Of a DNA stretch of 64,000 bases, positions 1 through 9,439 are shown in pieces. Below the pieces are notes generated by a model. The model made no database searches. It had not been told where the DNA came from and worked only from the letters and a program-made list of their open reading frames with translations. The first letter of the stretch is position 1. Every line of letters begins with the position of its first letter. Both the position numbers and the translations under genes were made by a program. The DNA is taken from contig CAWUWW010000006.1 in the NCBI GenBank assembly GCA_963926355.1, positions 38,872 to 102,871 of the forward strand, read 5' to 3'. The stretch is from an uncultured SAR86 cluster bacterium (GTDB lineage: Bacteria > Pseudomonadota > Gammaproteobacteria > Magnimaribacterales > D2472).

Positions 1-416
1 CTATACCAAGTGGAATTATTTCTAGCAGATATGGGAAAAAAAGGTTTATCAATAATACTCCCAGATCTCCGCATCTCTCATTAGATATAGCGGCACCTGA
101 AGGCACGCCCATTGAAGCTCCAAGTCAAGGCAGGATTATTTTGACTGGTAACTTTTTTTATGCAGGAAATTATTTAATAATTGATCATGGTTATGGGCTT
201 TTGTCCTCTTACAGTCATATGTCTGAAGTATACATACAAACTGGTGACTTCATTAATAAAGGCAAAATTATTGGTACAGTTGGTTCTACCGGGAGAGTAA
301 CAGGTCCCCATCTTCATTGGACAGTCTATCTAAACACCGTCAGGATTAATCCAGAATCACTTTTAAAAAAAGATTACCTACAAAGTATTTTGCAGATCTC
401 CAAGGATATTATTTAA
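1..416 (+). CDS. M23 family metallopeptidase, C-terminal part (5' end outside window; first full codon at nt 3)
   Basis: The frame is open from the window edge. It translates to ...SPHLSLDIAAPEGTPIEAP...IIDHGYGLLSSYSHMS...GSTGRVTGPHLHW, matching the HxxxD and HxH LytM/M23 motifs. Confidence 0.8.
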   Translation, partial: IPSGIISSRYGKKRFINNTPRSPHLSLDIAAPEGTPIEAPSQGRIILTGNFFYAGNYLIIDHGYGLLSSYSHMSEVYIQTGDFINKGKIIGTVGSTGRVTGPHLHWTVYLNTVRINPESLLKKDYLQSILQISKDII

Positions 417-830
417 ATCATCTTTCGTTTGAGGTCTAAAAAAAGATTTTACCAAGACCCCATTTGGATTTATAAAAAATGTAGCAGGAACTGCTGAAGG
501 TGTTTGAATGCCCCAAATATCTCTAGGATGGGATATGAGTGATGGAATTTTTAAATTAAATTTTCTTGCTACAGGGGCAAGATCATCTTCATCCAATTCA
601 TCAAAATTAAATGCAAATACATGAACTCCTGGATTCTCTTCAGAGAATTCATTAAATTCAGGTATTTCTTTTATGCATGGAGCACACCAGTCTGCCCAAT
701 AGTTAACCACCACCCAATTTCCTTTTAGTTTTTCAAAAGAAGTATTCGAACCATTAAAAATCTCTACATCATTTTTCTGGCATCCAAATAATAGGAATAC
801 GCATAACAAGGGTATAATTTTCTTAATCAT
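378..830 (-). CDS. TlpA/ResA-like thiol:disulfide oxidoreductase lipoprotein
   Basis: Signal peptide with lipobox LLFGC. Thioredoxin-fold WCAPC active site within YWADWCAPCIKEIPE. Confidence 0.8.
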   Translation of the reverse strand: MIKKIIPLLCVFLLFGCQKNDVEIFNGSNTSFEKLKGNWVVVNYWADWCAPCIKEIPEFNEFSEENPGVHVFAFNFDELDEDDLAPVARKFNLKIPSLISHPRDIWGIQTPSAVPATFFINPNGVLVKSFFRPQTKDDLNNILGDLQNTL

Positions 831-852
831 GGAGACATCATAGGCTGAAAAT

Positions 853-1449
853 ATGGAAAATAAATACCTTTTAATACTTTTTTACTCTGCCGGCGGATCA
901 GTTAGAAATATTGCTCATTCAATTGCCGAGGGCGCAGAGAATGAAGGTGTTGCCATTAAAATAAGGACTGTGCCAAAGATATCTGCTGTAACAGAGCAAA
1001 CTGAAGAACAAATTCCTGAAAAAGGAGAGATATACTGCACAAAAGATGATTTGATTAACTGCAGTGGTTTAGCTATTGGCTCTCCGACAAGATTTGGCTC
1101 TATGGCATCGCCTCTAAAATATTTCTTAGACTCAACTGGTGACTTGTGGGCCTCAAATACCCTTGAAGACAAGCCTGGAATAGCATTTACCTCAACGGGT
1201 TCTATGCACGGAGGCCAAGAAGTTACCTTATTTAATTTAATAACTTACATGATGCATCATGGAATGATAATTCATGGCTCACCCTACTCTATTAAAGAAC
1301 TAAGCAGCTCTAATGCAGGAGGAACTCCATACGGCCCTTCTCATGTAGAAAGTTTTAATGATAGTAATGTTTTAACTCCAGATGAGCGGGCGATTGCAGT
1401 TAAGACTGGATCCAGATTAGCTAAGTTAATTAAAAAATTAAATGCTTAA
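853..1449 (+). CDS. wrbA: NAD(P)H:quinone oxidoreductase, WrbA-type flavodoxin-like protein
   Basis: 198 aa. N-terminal LILFYSAGGSVRNIA flavodoxin-like FMN loop, central GSPTRFGSMASPLKYFLD, and a length typical of WrbA. Confidence 0.8.
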   Translation: MENKYLLILFYSAGGSVRNIAHSIAEGAENEGVAIKIRTVPKISAVTEQTEEQIPEKGEIYCTKDDLINCSGLAIGSPTRFGSMASPLKYFLDSTGDLWASNTLEDKPGIAFTSTGSMHGGQEVTLFNLITYMMHHGMIIHGSPYSIKELSSSNAGGTPYGPSHVESFNDSNVLTPDERAIAVKTGSRLAKLIKKLNA

Positions 1450-1774
1450 TCTTAAGAAATATAAAATATTAACTAATATATTTATATTTTCTTTAATTAC
1501 TATAAAGCTTTTAACGGTTCTTGATCATAGAGTTACAAGTACTTTTTTTCTTATCTGGTCTCTTCCTTTTATTTTTTTTTACTTCCAAGCTAAATCTCTC
1601 TCCATAAAAGGTTATCAAGGGTTTTGTTTTATATTACTTATATATTTCCTATCTTCATCTTTGAGAGTATTTGGAGCCGATCTCTATCTATACAACTTAA
1701 TTGAATTAGTTTTAATAGTAATATTCTTTATCCATTGTATGTTTGGACCCAGGACTATTAGACTGCATATGTAA
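1442..1774 (+). CDS. small polytopic membrane protein (possibly DUF2069-like, judged by position after wrbA)
   Basis: 110 aa with 3-4 hydrophobic segments. The ATG overlaps the wrbA stop. No motif recognised; the family guess rests on remembered synteny only. Confidence 0.4.
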   Translation: MLNLKKYKILTNIFIFSLITIKLLTVLDHRVTSTFFLIWSLPFIFFYFQAKSLSIKGYQGFCFILLIYFLSSSLRVFGADLYLYNLIELVLIVIFFIHCMFGPRTIRLHM

Positions 1775-1839
1775 AGTTTACTTTACATTATACTAATCGT
1801 ATTCTATCATCTCATCTACAACAATTTGGAGATAATGAA

Positions 1840-3675
1840 ATGACAGAGAAAAAATCAATATGGGGAAAGGCTGATAGCTTTTTAAGTCTTACAAGAAAAA
1901 TTATAGTTAATGGTGTGACTGGACTTGTTCTGGTTGTAATTACTTTATCAATCTTAGGTGGAGTTACTTCTATTTTTTCAGGGTCTGATGAGGTTGAAAC
2001 AAAGGATAAAATTTTATGGTTTAAGCCAGTTGGTGTAGTAGTTGACTCTGAGGTAATTGGACAAGGCTCATTTTCATTAAACAAGATAGTTACAGGTGGG
2101 AGTACTCAATCTGATCAACATGAATTACAAGATCTTTTAGATGTTCTTGATAAAGCGGCAAACGATGAAAACTTGAGCGCAGTATATGTAAATGTTTCTG
2201 AGTTAGGAATGTATTGGGCATCAGCATTCAAACTTGCAGATGCAGTTAAAAGTGTAAAAGATAGTGGTAAGCAAGTTATTGCATACTCTGAGGGTTATGG
2301 TAATTCAGCCTACCTTATAAGCTCTCAAGCAAATAAAGTTTTTGTAAATAATTATGGTGGTGTTAACGCTTTTGGCTTCTCTAGGAAGAGAGAATACTAC
2401 GTAGATTTTTATAAAAATATAAAATTAAATTTTAATATTTTTACTGCTGGTGATTTTAAATCTGGTCCAGAGCCATATACAAGAGATTCCATGTCAGAAA
2501 ATGATAAGCGAGCATGGAATGAATTTGCCAACCCTATGTGGCAAAAAATGACAGGAATGATGGAGGAAGGAAGAGGTTTACCTAGTGGGACATTACAAAA
2601 CTATGGCGATCGTTTTTATGAAATGATGATAGATAATCCTGAAGCTGCTGAGGTAGCTTTAGAAATAGGCTTAGTAGATTATTCAGTAACAAGAGAGGAG
2701 TTCAAAGAATGGATGTTTGAACAATATCCAAATGAAGAAGAAGATAAATATGCATTTCCTGATAGCATCTCAATATATGACTACCTATCAACTATAGAAA
2801 AGGATAAAAATCCATCTAAAAATATTATTGCAATTATAAATGTTGAGGGTGCAATCATGACTGGCGAGACTGCTTATGGAGTTGCAGGATCAGATACAAT
2901 TGTAGAAAATATTCAAGCAGCAACTCAAGATAAATCTGTTAAAGCAATGGTGTTGAGAGTAAATAGCCCGGGTGGTGATGTATGGGCCAGTGAATTGATA
3001 ACAAATGCTTTGATTGAATTTAAAGAAACTGGGAGACCTGTAATAGCTTCAATGGGAGATATAGCAGCTTCTGGGGGAGTTTGGGTTACAACTAATTCAG
3101 ATGAAATATGGGCAGAAAAAGATACTTTGACTGGCTCTATTGGAGTCTATGGCATTATCCCAACGCTAGATGGGATATACGACTGGGCCGGAATAAAGGT
3201 TGATGGAGTAAGCTCAACCAAGGCTGCTGAGTGGGACGAAAGAGAATCAATGCCAAATGATGTTAAGAATACTATTCAAGCAAGCATTGATAATACATAT
3301 TTTAAGTTTGTAACCAAGGTTGCTGAAAATAGAGGCATGACATATGAAGAGGTTCTGCCTATTGCCGGTGGAAGAATATGGGCTGGATACAAGGCACTTG
3401 AATTAGGTCTTGTTGATAAAATAGGTGATCTAGAAGATGCCCTAGCATCAGCAGCTGAAAGAGCTGACTTAAAAGACTTTAAAATTAAAACCTATAAAAA
3501 ACCTGTGGATCCAATTGATGCTATTTTAAATGAATTGCTAGAAAATATTAATATTAAAATTGATGTAGACCCTAGGTTAGAATTAATAAGCTCTACCATT
3601 CCAAAACAACTAAAAGTTATTAACCCTTCTAAAAAAAGCGTGCTAGTGTATTGCTTTGATTGCGACTTAGAGTAG
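1840..3675 (+). CDS. sppA: signal peptide peptidase SppA, 67K type (tandem S49 domains)
   Basis: 611 aa. N-terminal TM segment and two S49 halves. The second contains VLRVNSPGGDVWASE and GDIAASGGVWV (serine nucleophile context). Confidence 0.85.
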   Translation: MTEKKSIWGKADSFLSLTRKIIVNGVTGLVLVVITLSILGGVTSIFSGSDEVETKDKILWFKPVGVVVDSEVIGQGSFSLNKIVTGGSTQSDQHELQDLLDVLDKAANDENLSAVYVNVSELGMYWASAFKLADAVKSVKDSGKQVIAYSEGYGNSAYLISSQANKVFVNNYGGVNAFGFSRKREYYVDFYKNIKLNFNIFTAGDFKSGPEPYTRDSMSENDKRAWNEFANPMWQKMTGMMEEGRGLPSGTLQNYGDRFYEMMIDNPEAAEVALEIGLVDYSVTREEFKEWMFEQYPNEEEDKYAFPDSISIYDYLSTIEKDKNPSKNIIAIINVEGAIMTGETAYGVAGSDTIVENIQAATQDKSVKAMVLRVNSPGGDVWASELITNALIEFKETGRPVIASMGDIAASGGVWVTTNSDEIWAEKDTLTGSIGVYGIIPTLDGIYDWAGIKVDGVSSTKAAEWDERESMPNDVKNTIQASIDNTYFKFVTKVAENRGMTYEEVLPIAGGRIWAGYKALELGLVDKIGDLEDALASAAERADLKDFKIKTYKKPVDPIDAILNELLENINIKIDVDPRLELISSTIPKQLKVINPSKKSVLVYCFDCDLE

Positions 3676-4353
3676 TTTTTTAATTAAAGGTATTGTAATT
3701 TTTCGCTTCATTTCCATTGAGAGCTGATCAAGGCTCTCAAGGATTCTTACTAAATCTGATAGATTCCTTTTAGCATAAGTTAGGAGGTATTGAGCTTCCC
3801 TTCCCCCTAAGTCAATTGATCTTAGGTTAGCTATAGACTTCAGCGCTTCTAATAAGTTATCTTGATTAATTTGAAATAGCTCATAGCTAGCAACTTTTCT
3901 CAATCTTGATTCTAAGTCTGGTAATGAAAAACTCAAAGAGCCTATCTCTAAGGACGATGCAAAAACTAATCTGCAATTAGAATTTAGTGAGCTATTAATT
4001 AAATTAAAAATTCCCTTCTCCCATTCTTTGTCTGAAGTAATATGCTCTAGTCCATCAAGACAGACCAGGTCCATAGTCTCAACTGAATCTAATATACCAA
4101 CACCATACGAAATTACTTCTTTTAGTGGAATATACAAGGATGGCCTGCCCTCGCCACTGTATGCATTGCACAATGATTGGAGTAAATATGTTTTTCCAGA
4201 GTCTTGATTGCCATATATAAATATATCGTCTAGTTGTGATAAATCAGCAATAGTTGAAATAAGCTCACTATTAGAAGGATCTTCATAGAAATGATCAAAA
4301 GAAGATTTATATGCTTTATTCCAAGGAAATGTAAGCTGCTTAGGATTATTCAT
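3667..4353 (-). CDS. hda: DnaA regulatory inactivator Hda
   Basis: N-terminus MNNPKQLTFPW resembles E. coli Hda MNTPAQLSLPL (clamp-binding motif region). AAA+ Walker A-like GNQDSGKTYLLQS. The track ORF extends to an upstream ATG at 4386; I prefer 4353. Confidence 0.7.
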   Translation of the reverse strand: MNNPKQLTFPWNKAYKSSFDHFYEDPSNSELISTIADLSQLDDIFIYGNQDSGKTYLLQSLCNAYSGEGRPSLYIPLKEVISYGVGILDSVETMDLVCLDGLEHITSDKEWEKGIFNLINSSLNSNCRLVFASSLEIGSLSFSLPDLESRLRKVASYELFQINQDNLLEALKSIANLRSIDLGGREAQYLLTYAKRNLSDLVRILESLDQLSMEMKRKITIPLIKKLL

Positions 4354-4897
4354 TATGGTAGGCCTTAATGTCGTAATACCAGTCATATGCGTAAACTATA
4401 AGACTTATTAAAGTAACTATAACAATAGAAATATCTAAAGCTACTAATGAAATGCTAACACCAAGAAGCTCAAATAATATAATAATAAAGATATAGGTAA
4501 TCTGAAGAGCTGTAGTTAACTTCCCAAGAATATTAGGAAGAGGAGCATTTGATTCTATTAAAGTCATTTGTATTGCTGCGCCGAGTAAAATTGCAACATC
4601 CCTACTTAAAAAAATAATAAAAATATAAAGAGGGATATATTCACTTACCCATAGAATAAAGATAGTTCCTGATAAAAGGAGTTTATCCGCAACAGGATCT
4701 AGTATTGTTCCTAATTCTGTTCTCCATTCCATTTTCCTTGCAAGAAAGCCATCAAGCGCATCTGTAAGTGAGGCAATAGCAAAAAATATAAGACTCATCA
4801 TAAAATCTTTATTAAGAATGCTCTCAAGAATTGGATAAATCAAAGCTATCCTTAATATGGATAAGAAATTAGGAATAAAAATAAAATACTTACTCAT
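4346..4897 (-). CDS. pgsA: CDP-alcohol phosphatidyltransferase (phosphatidylglycerophosphate synthase-like)
   Basis: 183 aa polytopic. The DALDGFLARK...G...DPVADK motif matches D(x)2DG(x)2AR...G(x)3D(x)3D. Confidence 0.75.
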   Translation of the reverse strand: MSKYFIFIPNFLSILRIALIYPILESILNKDFMMSLIFFAIASLTDALDGFLARKMEWRTELGTILDPVADKLLLSGTIFILWVSEYIPLYIFIIFLSRDVAILLGAAIQMTLIESNAPLPNILGKLTTALQITYIFIIILFELLGVSISLVALDISIVIVTLISLIVYAYDWYYDIKAYHNE

Positions 4898-5919
4898 TTT
4901 TTATAATATAGATTGATAGAGTTAGAGTCTTCTTCACTAACCAATATATCAAGAAAACCATTACTTTCAATCTCTTTTAGAATCGAGTTAATAGAGCCAT
5001 AAGTAGAGGCTTTATAAGTAATAGTATTATCTGCAAAACTTATTATTTCTAAATTTGGAATACTTAATATCATTGCCATCTTACTATTCAACCCAAGATA
5101 ATCTTCATGGGTATTAATACCTTGAATGGAGATGTAAGCAAAAGATTCGTTTGAGGTTTTAATCTGAAATTCATTCAAGCTTTCATCAACAAGTGGAGAT
5201 AAAAAAGATATGAATTTATCTTTGATATCAAATACAAAATTAGAGCTCTCAAAATTAGCATTCATATCACCGGATAATAACCAATTATTTAAACCAAGAT
5301 TAGAGATTTTGATATGAACTAATTTATCGTAATCATACTTTGATGATATATAACTCTTAGGGTCGGATAAAATACTGAAGGAAGATATTTTTTTAGTATC
5401 CTCTAAATCCAAAATTGGAAGTTCAAGAAAAATACCTCTTTCCTTAGAAAAAGTATTAAGTACCTTTTTAAATACCTCGTCCATCTCATGAAGAGCTTTA
5501 TTGGAAGATACAAAGTATGGCTGTTCTAATCCAGTATCAACTTCAAAAAGAAATAAAATTACCGGCCTGGAGTAACCAACAATCGGTATTGATAATTCCT
5601 TAAATTTTTTTACCAGCATGTCTTGATTAAATTTGACCTGAAGGTAGCTTGAGTTCTCAATATTTTTAATAGAATAACTAATAATTAAATCTTTACGCGA
5701 TATTCCAGAATTTATTATCTTCCATACATTAGAAGGTGAGACATCGCCACTTAGTCTATAGACCATGTTATTAAAAGATAAATTAATAGACTGTTCAATT
5801 TTTGAAGAGCTCTCAATAGGCTCGTAAATAGTAAATAGTTCATTAAACTCCTTCCCAAAGGAGAGATTAGAAAAGATAATGACTACTACTGTTAAATGTT
5901 TAATTAAATTGTTATTCAT
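4894..5919 (-). CDS. secreted hypothetical protein (DUF2066-like, judged by position divergent from purM)
   Basis: Signal-peptide-like N-terminus from the internal ATG (MNNNLIKHLTVVVIIFSNLSFG). The track start at 5949 is a TTG. Family assignment rests on remembered synteny only. Confidence 0.45.
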   Translation of the reverse strand: MNNNLIKHLTVVVIIFSNLSFGKEFNELFTIYEPIESSSKIEQSINLSFNNMVYRLSGDVSPSNVWKIINSGISRKDLIISYSIKNIENSSYLQVKFNQDMLVKKFKELSIPIVGYSRPVILFLFEVDTGLEQPYFVSSNKALHEMDEVFKKVLNTFSKERGIFLELPILDLEDTKKISSFSILSDPKSYISSKYDYDKLVHIKISNLGLNNWLLSGDMNANFESSNFVFDIKDKFISFLSPLVDESLNEFQIKTSNESFAYISIQGINTHEDYLGLNSKMAMILSIPNLEIISFADNTITYKASTYGSINSILKEIESNGFLDILVSEEDSNSINLYYKK

Positions 5920-5942
5920 TTGTTTCACAATAGGTATTCTAA

Positions 5943-6974
5943 ATGACAAAAGAAATTATAGACAATGATCCATACAAATCAGCTGGTGTAGATATAAATG
6001 CTGGTAATGAATTAGTTGATCTTATAAAAAAAGATGTCTCGGCATCTCATGGACCTAATGTGCTTGGAAGCATAGGCGGCTTTGCCGGTATGTTTAGGCT
6101 AGATAAAGAATATAAGAATCCTATTCTAGTAGCATGTACAGATGGTGTTGGGACTAAAGTAGCACTTGCGCAAGAGACAGGAATGCTAAATGGAATTGGC
6201 CAAGACCTTGTTGCTATGTGTGTTAATGACCTTATAGTCTGTGGAGCTAAGCCACTTTTTTTTCTAGATTACTTTGCCTCATCTAAATTAGAAATTAAAG
6301 AGGCGTCTACTATAATTAGTAGCATAGCTAATGCCTGTATCGAATCTGGATGCGCCCTCCTAGGTGGAGAGACGGCTGAAATGCCAGGTCATTATGTTGG
6401 GAAGAATTTTGATCTAGCAGGATTTTCTGTTGGTTGCGTAGATGAAGATAAGATCATCAACAATAAATCTATTACAGCAGGTAATATCCTAATAGGCATT
6501 GAATCAAGCGGTCCCCATTCAAATGGGTTTTCATTAATAAGAAAAATAATTAAAGATGCTAACTTAGCTAACTCAGATTTTACAAAAATTACTGAGATGG
6601 CCTTAAGACCTACCATCCTCTATCCCTCATTAATAATGACTCTAATAGAGAAATTTAATATTCATGGAATGGCGCATATAACAGGCGGAGGGTTAACAGA
6701 AAATATTCCTAGATCAATTCCTGAGGATCTATCTGTTGAAATACTAAAAGACTCGTGGGTAATGCCTGAAATATTTAAGTGGTTGAAAGATACTGGAGAC
6801 ATTAATGAAGCAGATATGTTTAGGATATTTAATTGCGGTATTGGCATGGTATTAATTATAGATTCAGAAATATCTCAAGAAATTCAAGATAAAATTACAG
6901 AAGAAGGTTACCAAAGTTATGTGATTGGTTCTGTTCAAAAAAAGAATTCAGATAAATTAATAAATTTCAGATAA
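5943..6974 (+). CDS. purM: phosphoribosylformylglycinamidine cyclo-ligase (AIR synthetase)
   Basis: YKSAGVDINAGN N-terminus, GGFAGMF, CTDGVGTK, DLVAMCVNDL and GGETAEMPG motifs. 343 aa. Confidence 0.95.
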   Translation: MTKEIIDNDPYKSAGVDINAGNELVDLIKKDVSASHGPNVLGSIGGFAGMFRLDKEYKNPILVACTDGVGTKVALAQETGMLNGIGQDLVAMCVNDLIVCGAKPLFFLDYFASSKLEIKEASTIISSIANACIESGCALLGGETAEMPGHYVGKNFDLAGFSVGCVDEDKIINNKSITAGNILIGIESSGPHSNGFSLIRKIIKDANLANSDFTKITEMALRPTILYPSLIMTLIEKFNIHGMAHITGGGLTENIPRSIPEDLSVEILKDSWVMPEIFKWLKDTGDINEADMFRIFNCGIGMVLIIDSEISQEIQDKITEEGYQSYVIGSVQKKNSDKLINFR

Positions 6975-6978
6975 ATTT

Positions 6979-7626
6979 ATGAAAAGAGTAGTTTTTCTCA
7001 TATCGGGCAATGGATCGAATCTTCAAGCCATTATAGATAAATGTAAAAATGGTGATATTAAAGCAAATATAGTTTCAGTTATTAGTAATAACCCTGATGC
7101 ATTTGGGCTAGAGAGAGCTAAATCTGAAAACATCAATACAAAAGTAATAAATCATAATGAATATAAAACTAGAGATTTATTTGATAATGACTTATTTAAG
7201 TATATAGAAGAGGTAAAGCCTGATTTAATTGTTTTAGCAGGATTTATGAGAATTCTTACTAAAAAAATTACAGACAGTTATTTTGGAAAAATTATTAATA
7301 TCCACCCCTCCTTGCTTCCAAAATACCCAGGGCTGAATACCCATTCTAAGGCTATAGAGAACAGAGATTCCTTGCATGGTGTCTCAGTTCACTATGTTTC
7401 AACAGAATTAGATGCAGGCCCCTTAATTGCTCAAGCAACAATAAAAACTAAAGAACATGAAAAAATAGATGAATTAGTAAAAAGAATTCATAAAATAGAG
7501 CATAAGATTTTTCCTAAAGTTATCAAACTTATCTGCAATGATCAAATTAGCTTAGATTCTGGAAAGGTAGTTTTTCATGATATTAAAATAAATGGAGATT
7601 ATATTGATGAATATTTTGAAATATAA
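6979..7626 (+). CDS. purN: phosphoribosylglycinamide formyltransferase
   Basis: VFLISGNGSNLQAII, VLAGFMRIL, NIHPSLLPKYPG and HGVSVHYVSTELDAGP motifs. Lies immediately after purM. Confidence 0.93.
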   Translation: MKRVVFLISGNGSNLQAIIDKCKNGDIKANIVSVISNNPDAFGLERAKSENINTKVINHNEYKTRDLFDNDLFKYIEEVKPDLIVLAGFMRILTKKITDSYFGKIINIHPSLLPKYPGLNTHSKAIENRDSLHGVSVHYVSTELDAGPLIAQATIKTKEHEKIDELVKRIHKIEHKIFPKVIKLICNDQISLDSGKVVFHDIKINGDYIDEYFEI

Positions 7627-8296
7627 ATTTCTTTTTCTAATAGTAATTTCTATAGATATAAGTGCGATTGAAATAAAAGATTATATTGCTCGTTACTCGT
7701 TTGAATCAGATGAAATATCTATTGAAGGTATCAGGAAGCTAGCAACATTAGGCGATGGTTATGAGCTTAGCTTTAAAGCAAAAAATATTTTTGCAAAACT
7801 TGAATTTAATTCAAGCTTTGTTATTTCTGATGATCAAATTATCACTAAAAGCTATAAAGTAAAAATAAAACCTAAGTTTGTTAATAGAGATCAGGTTGTT
7901 GATTTCAACTATGAAAAAAAATTAATTACAGCCTTGGGAAGAAATTCATGGAATGCAGAGTTCAACCCTTCGATCAGGGTTCTCGATCCATTGAATGCTC
8001 AAATTCAAATCAGATTAAATCTTCTAAAAGGAATTAAAGAATTCTCGATAAAGTTGGTAGAAATAAAAAATGGCGTCCTTGAAGATAACTTTTATAAAGT
8101 AATTGGCAAGGAACTATGCGCTGTGGGTAAAAAAAACTATGAATGCATTGTGTTGAAAAGAAGTAGAAAGAAAGAGGGAAGAGAAACTATATATTATTTA
8201 GCCCCAGACTTGGATTATATGTTCCTAAAGATTATAGATAATGGTCCAGAGCAAAAACAAAAATTAGAGTTGATAGAAATCTTAAGTCTTGGGTAG
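7607..8296 (+). CDS. secreted hypothetical protein (DUF3108-like, judged by position after purN)
   Basis: Signal peptide from the internal ATG ([20 protein letters not shown]). An alternative ATG lies at 7592. No catalytic motif recognised. Confidence 0.4.
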   Translation: MNILKYKFLFLIVISIDISAIEIKDYIARYSFESDEISIEGIRKLATLGDGYELSFKAKNIFAKLEFNSSFVISDDQIITKSYKVKIKPKFVNRDQVVDFNYEKKLITALGRNSWNAEFNPSIRVLDPLNAQIQIRLNLLKGIKEFSIKLVEIKNGVLEDNFYKVIGKELCAVGKKNYECIVLKRSRKKEGRETIYYLAPDLDYMFLKIIDNGPEQKQKLELIEILSLG

Positions 8297-8851
8297 TGTT
8301 ACGCCTGTTTGCCCTTGATACTTTCCACTTCTATCCTTGTAACTTACCTCACACTGCTCATCAGATTCAAAAAATAGCATTTGAGCAACTCCTTCGCCTG
8401 CATATATTTTTGCAGGAAGATTGGTTGTGTTAGAAAATTCCAAGGTTACGTGCCCTTCCCATTCAGGTTCTAATGGGGTGACATTGACTATAATTCCGCA
8501 TCGTGCATATGTAGATTTACCTAGACATATAGTTAATACGTTTCTTGGAATTCTAAAATATTCAACGGTTCTTGCTAAAGCAAATGAATTTGGAGGAATA
8601 ACACAAACATCAGACTCAATATCTACAAAACTTTTTGCATCAAATGACTTAGGGTCAACGATTGCAGAATGAATATTTGTAAATACTTTAAACTCTTTTG
8701 CGCATCTAACATCATAGCCGTAACTAGAAACACCGTATGAGATTAATTTTTCACCATTTTCGTCAAGCCTAACTTGGTTTTTTGAAAAAGGTTCTATCAT
8801 TTTATCTTCGATAGATTTTCTTGTTATCCACTTATCTGATTTAATCGACAT
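8282..8851 (-). CDS. dcd: dCTP deaminase
   Basis: 189 aa. [10 protein letters not shown]-terminus typical of gammaproteobacterial Dcd. [18 protein letters not shown] and [11 protein letters not shown] motifs. Confidence 0.92.
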   Translation of the reverse strand: MSIKSDKWITRKSIEDKMIEPFSKNQVRLDENGEKLISYGVSSYGYDVRCAKEFKVFTNIHSAIVDPKSFDAKSFVDIESDVCVIPPNSFALARTVEYFRIPRNVLTICLGKSTYARCGIIVNVTPLEPEWEGHVTLEFSNTTNLPAKIYAGEGVAQMLFFESDEQCEVSYKDRSGKYQGQTGVTLPKT

Positions 8852-9437
8852 TTACTTCAGTTCTCCCTTGAATTGCTCTCGCAATGGTATTTCCATCGAC
8901 ATACTCTAACTCTCCACCAATAGGAATGCCATAAGATATTCTTGAAACTTTAATATCTTTTACATGATCACTAATGAACATTGCCGTGGCGTCTCCTTCT
9001 ACGGTGGAGCTTGTAGCTAAAATAACTTCTTGTACATTTTCAGAAGATATTAGGCTTAAAAAATTATCTATACCAAGATCTTCTGGGCCAATCCCCTCAA
9101 TTGGTGAAAGTCTTCCAAGAAGAACGAAGTATTTACCCCTAAAGCCACCTGTAGATTCTATGGCAAGGACATCTGATGGACTTTCTACAACGCAAATGCT
9201 TAAACTATCTCTGGAGGTATCTGTGCAAGTTTTACATAATTCATTTGAAGTAAGCATCCTACACCGCGAGCACCTTCTGACGTGCTCTAGAGCTTCTTTC
9301 ATTGTTTTAGCTAAAATACCTGCACCGTCTTTATTTTTATCAAGCAAATAAAGAGCCATTCTCTGTGCAGATTTTTTTCCAACACCCGGAAGGATTGTTA
9401 GAGCATTAATTAAGTCATTTAATAAGTCTTGGTTCAT
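8841..9437 (-). CDS. recR: recombination protein RecR
   Basis: [13 protein letters not shown] helix-hairpin-helix, Cys4 zinc finger [16 protein letters not shown], Toprim [14 protein letters not shown]. Confidence 0.95.
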   Translation of the reverse strand: MNQDLLNDLINALTILPGVGKKSAQRMALYLLDKNKDGAGILAKTMKEALEHVRRCSRCRMLTSNELCKTCTDTSRDSLSICVVESPSDVLAIESTGGFRGKYFVLLGRLSPIEGIGPEDLGIDNFLSLISSENVQEVILATSSTVEGDATAMFISDHVKDIKVSRISYGIPIGGELEYVDGNTIARAIQGRTEVNVD

Positions 9438-9439
9438 TT

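Noticed and set aside
8974-9351. 125-aa ORF on the plus strand, antisense inside recR. Similar antisense ORFs occur at 915-1172, 8421-8672, 9816-10004, 10218-10415, 20253-20600, 29651-29962, 30668-30949, 33531-33962, 34944-35180, 39493-39759, 42741-42971 and 63491-63697.
   Set aside because: Each lies wholly within a well-supported gene on the opposite strand. Each has low-complexity S/L/F/I/K-rich composition typical of shadow frames in AT-rich DNA and no recognisable motif.
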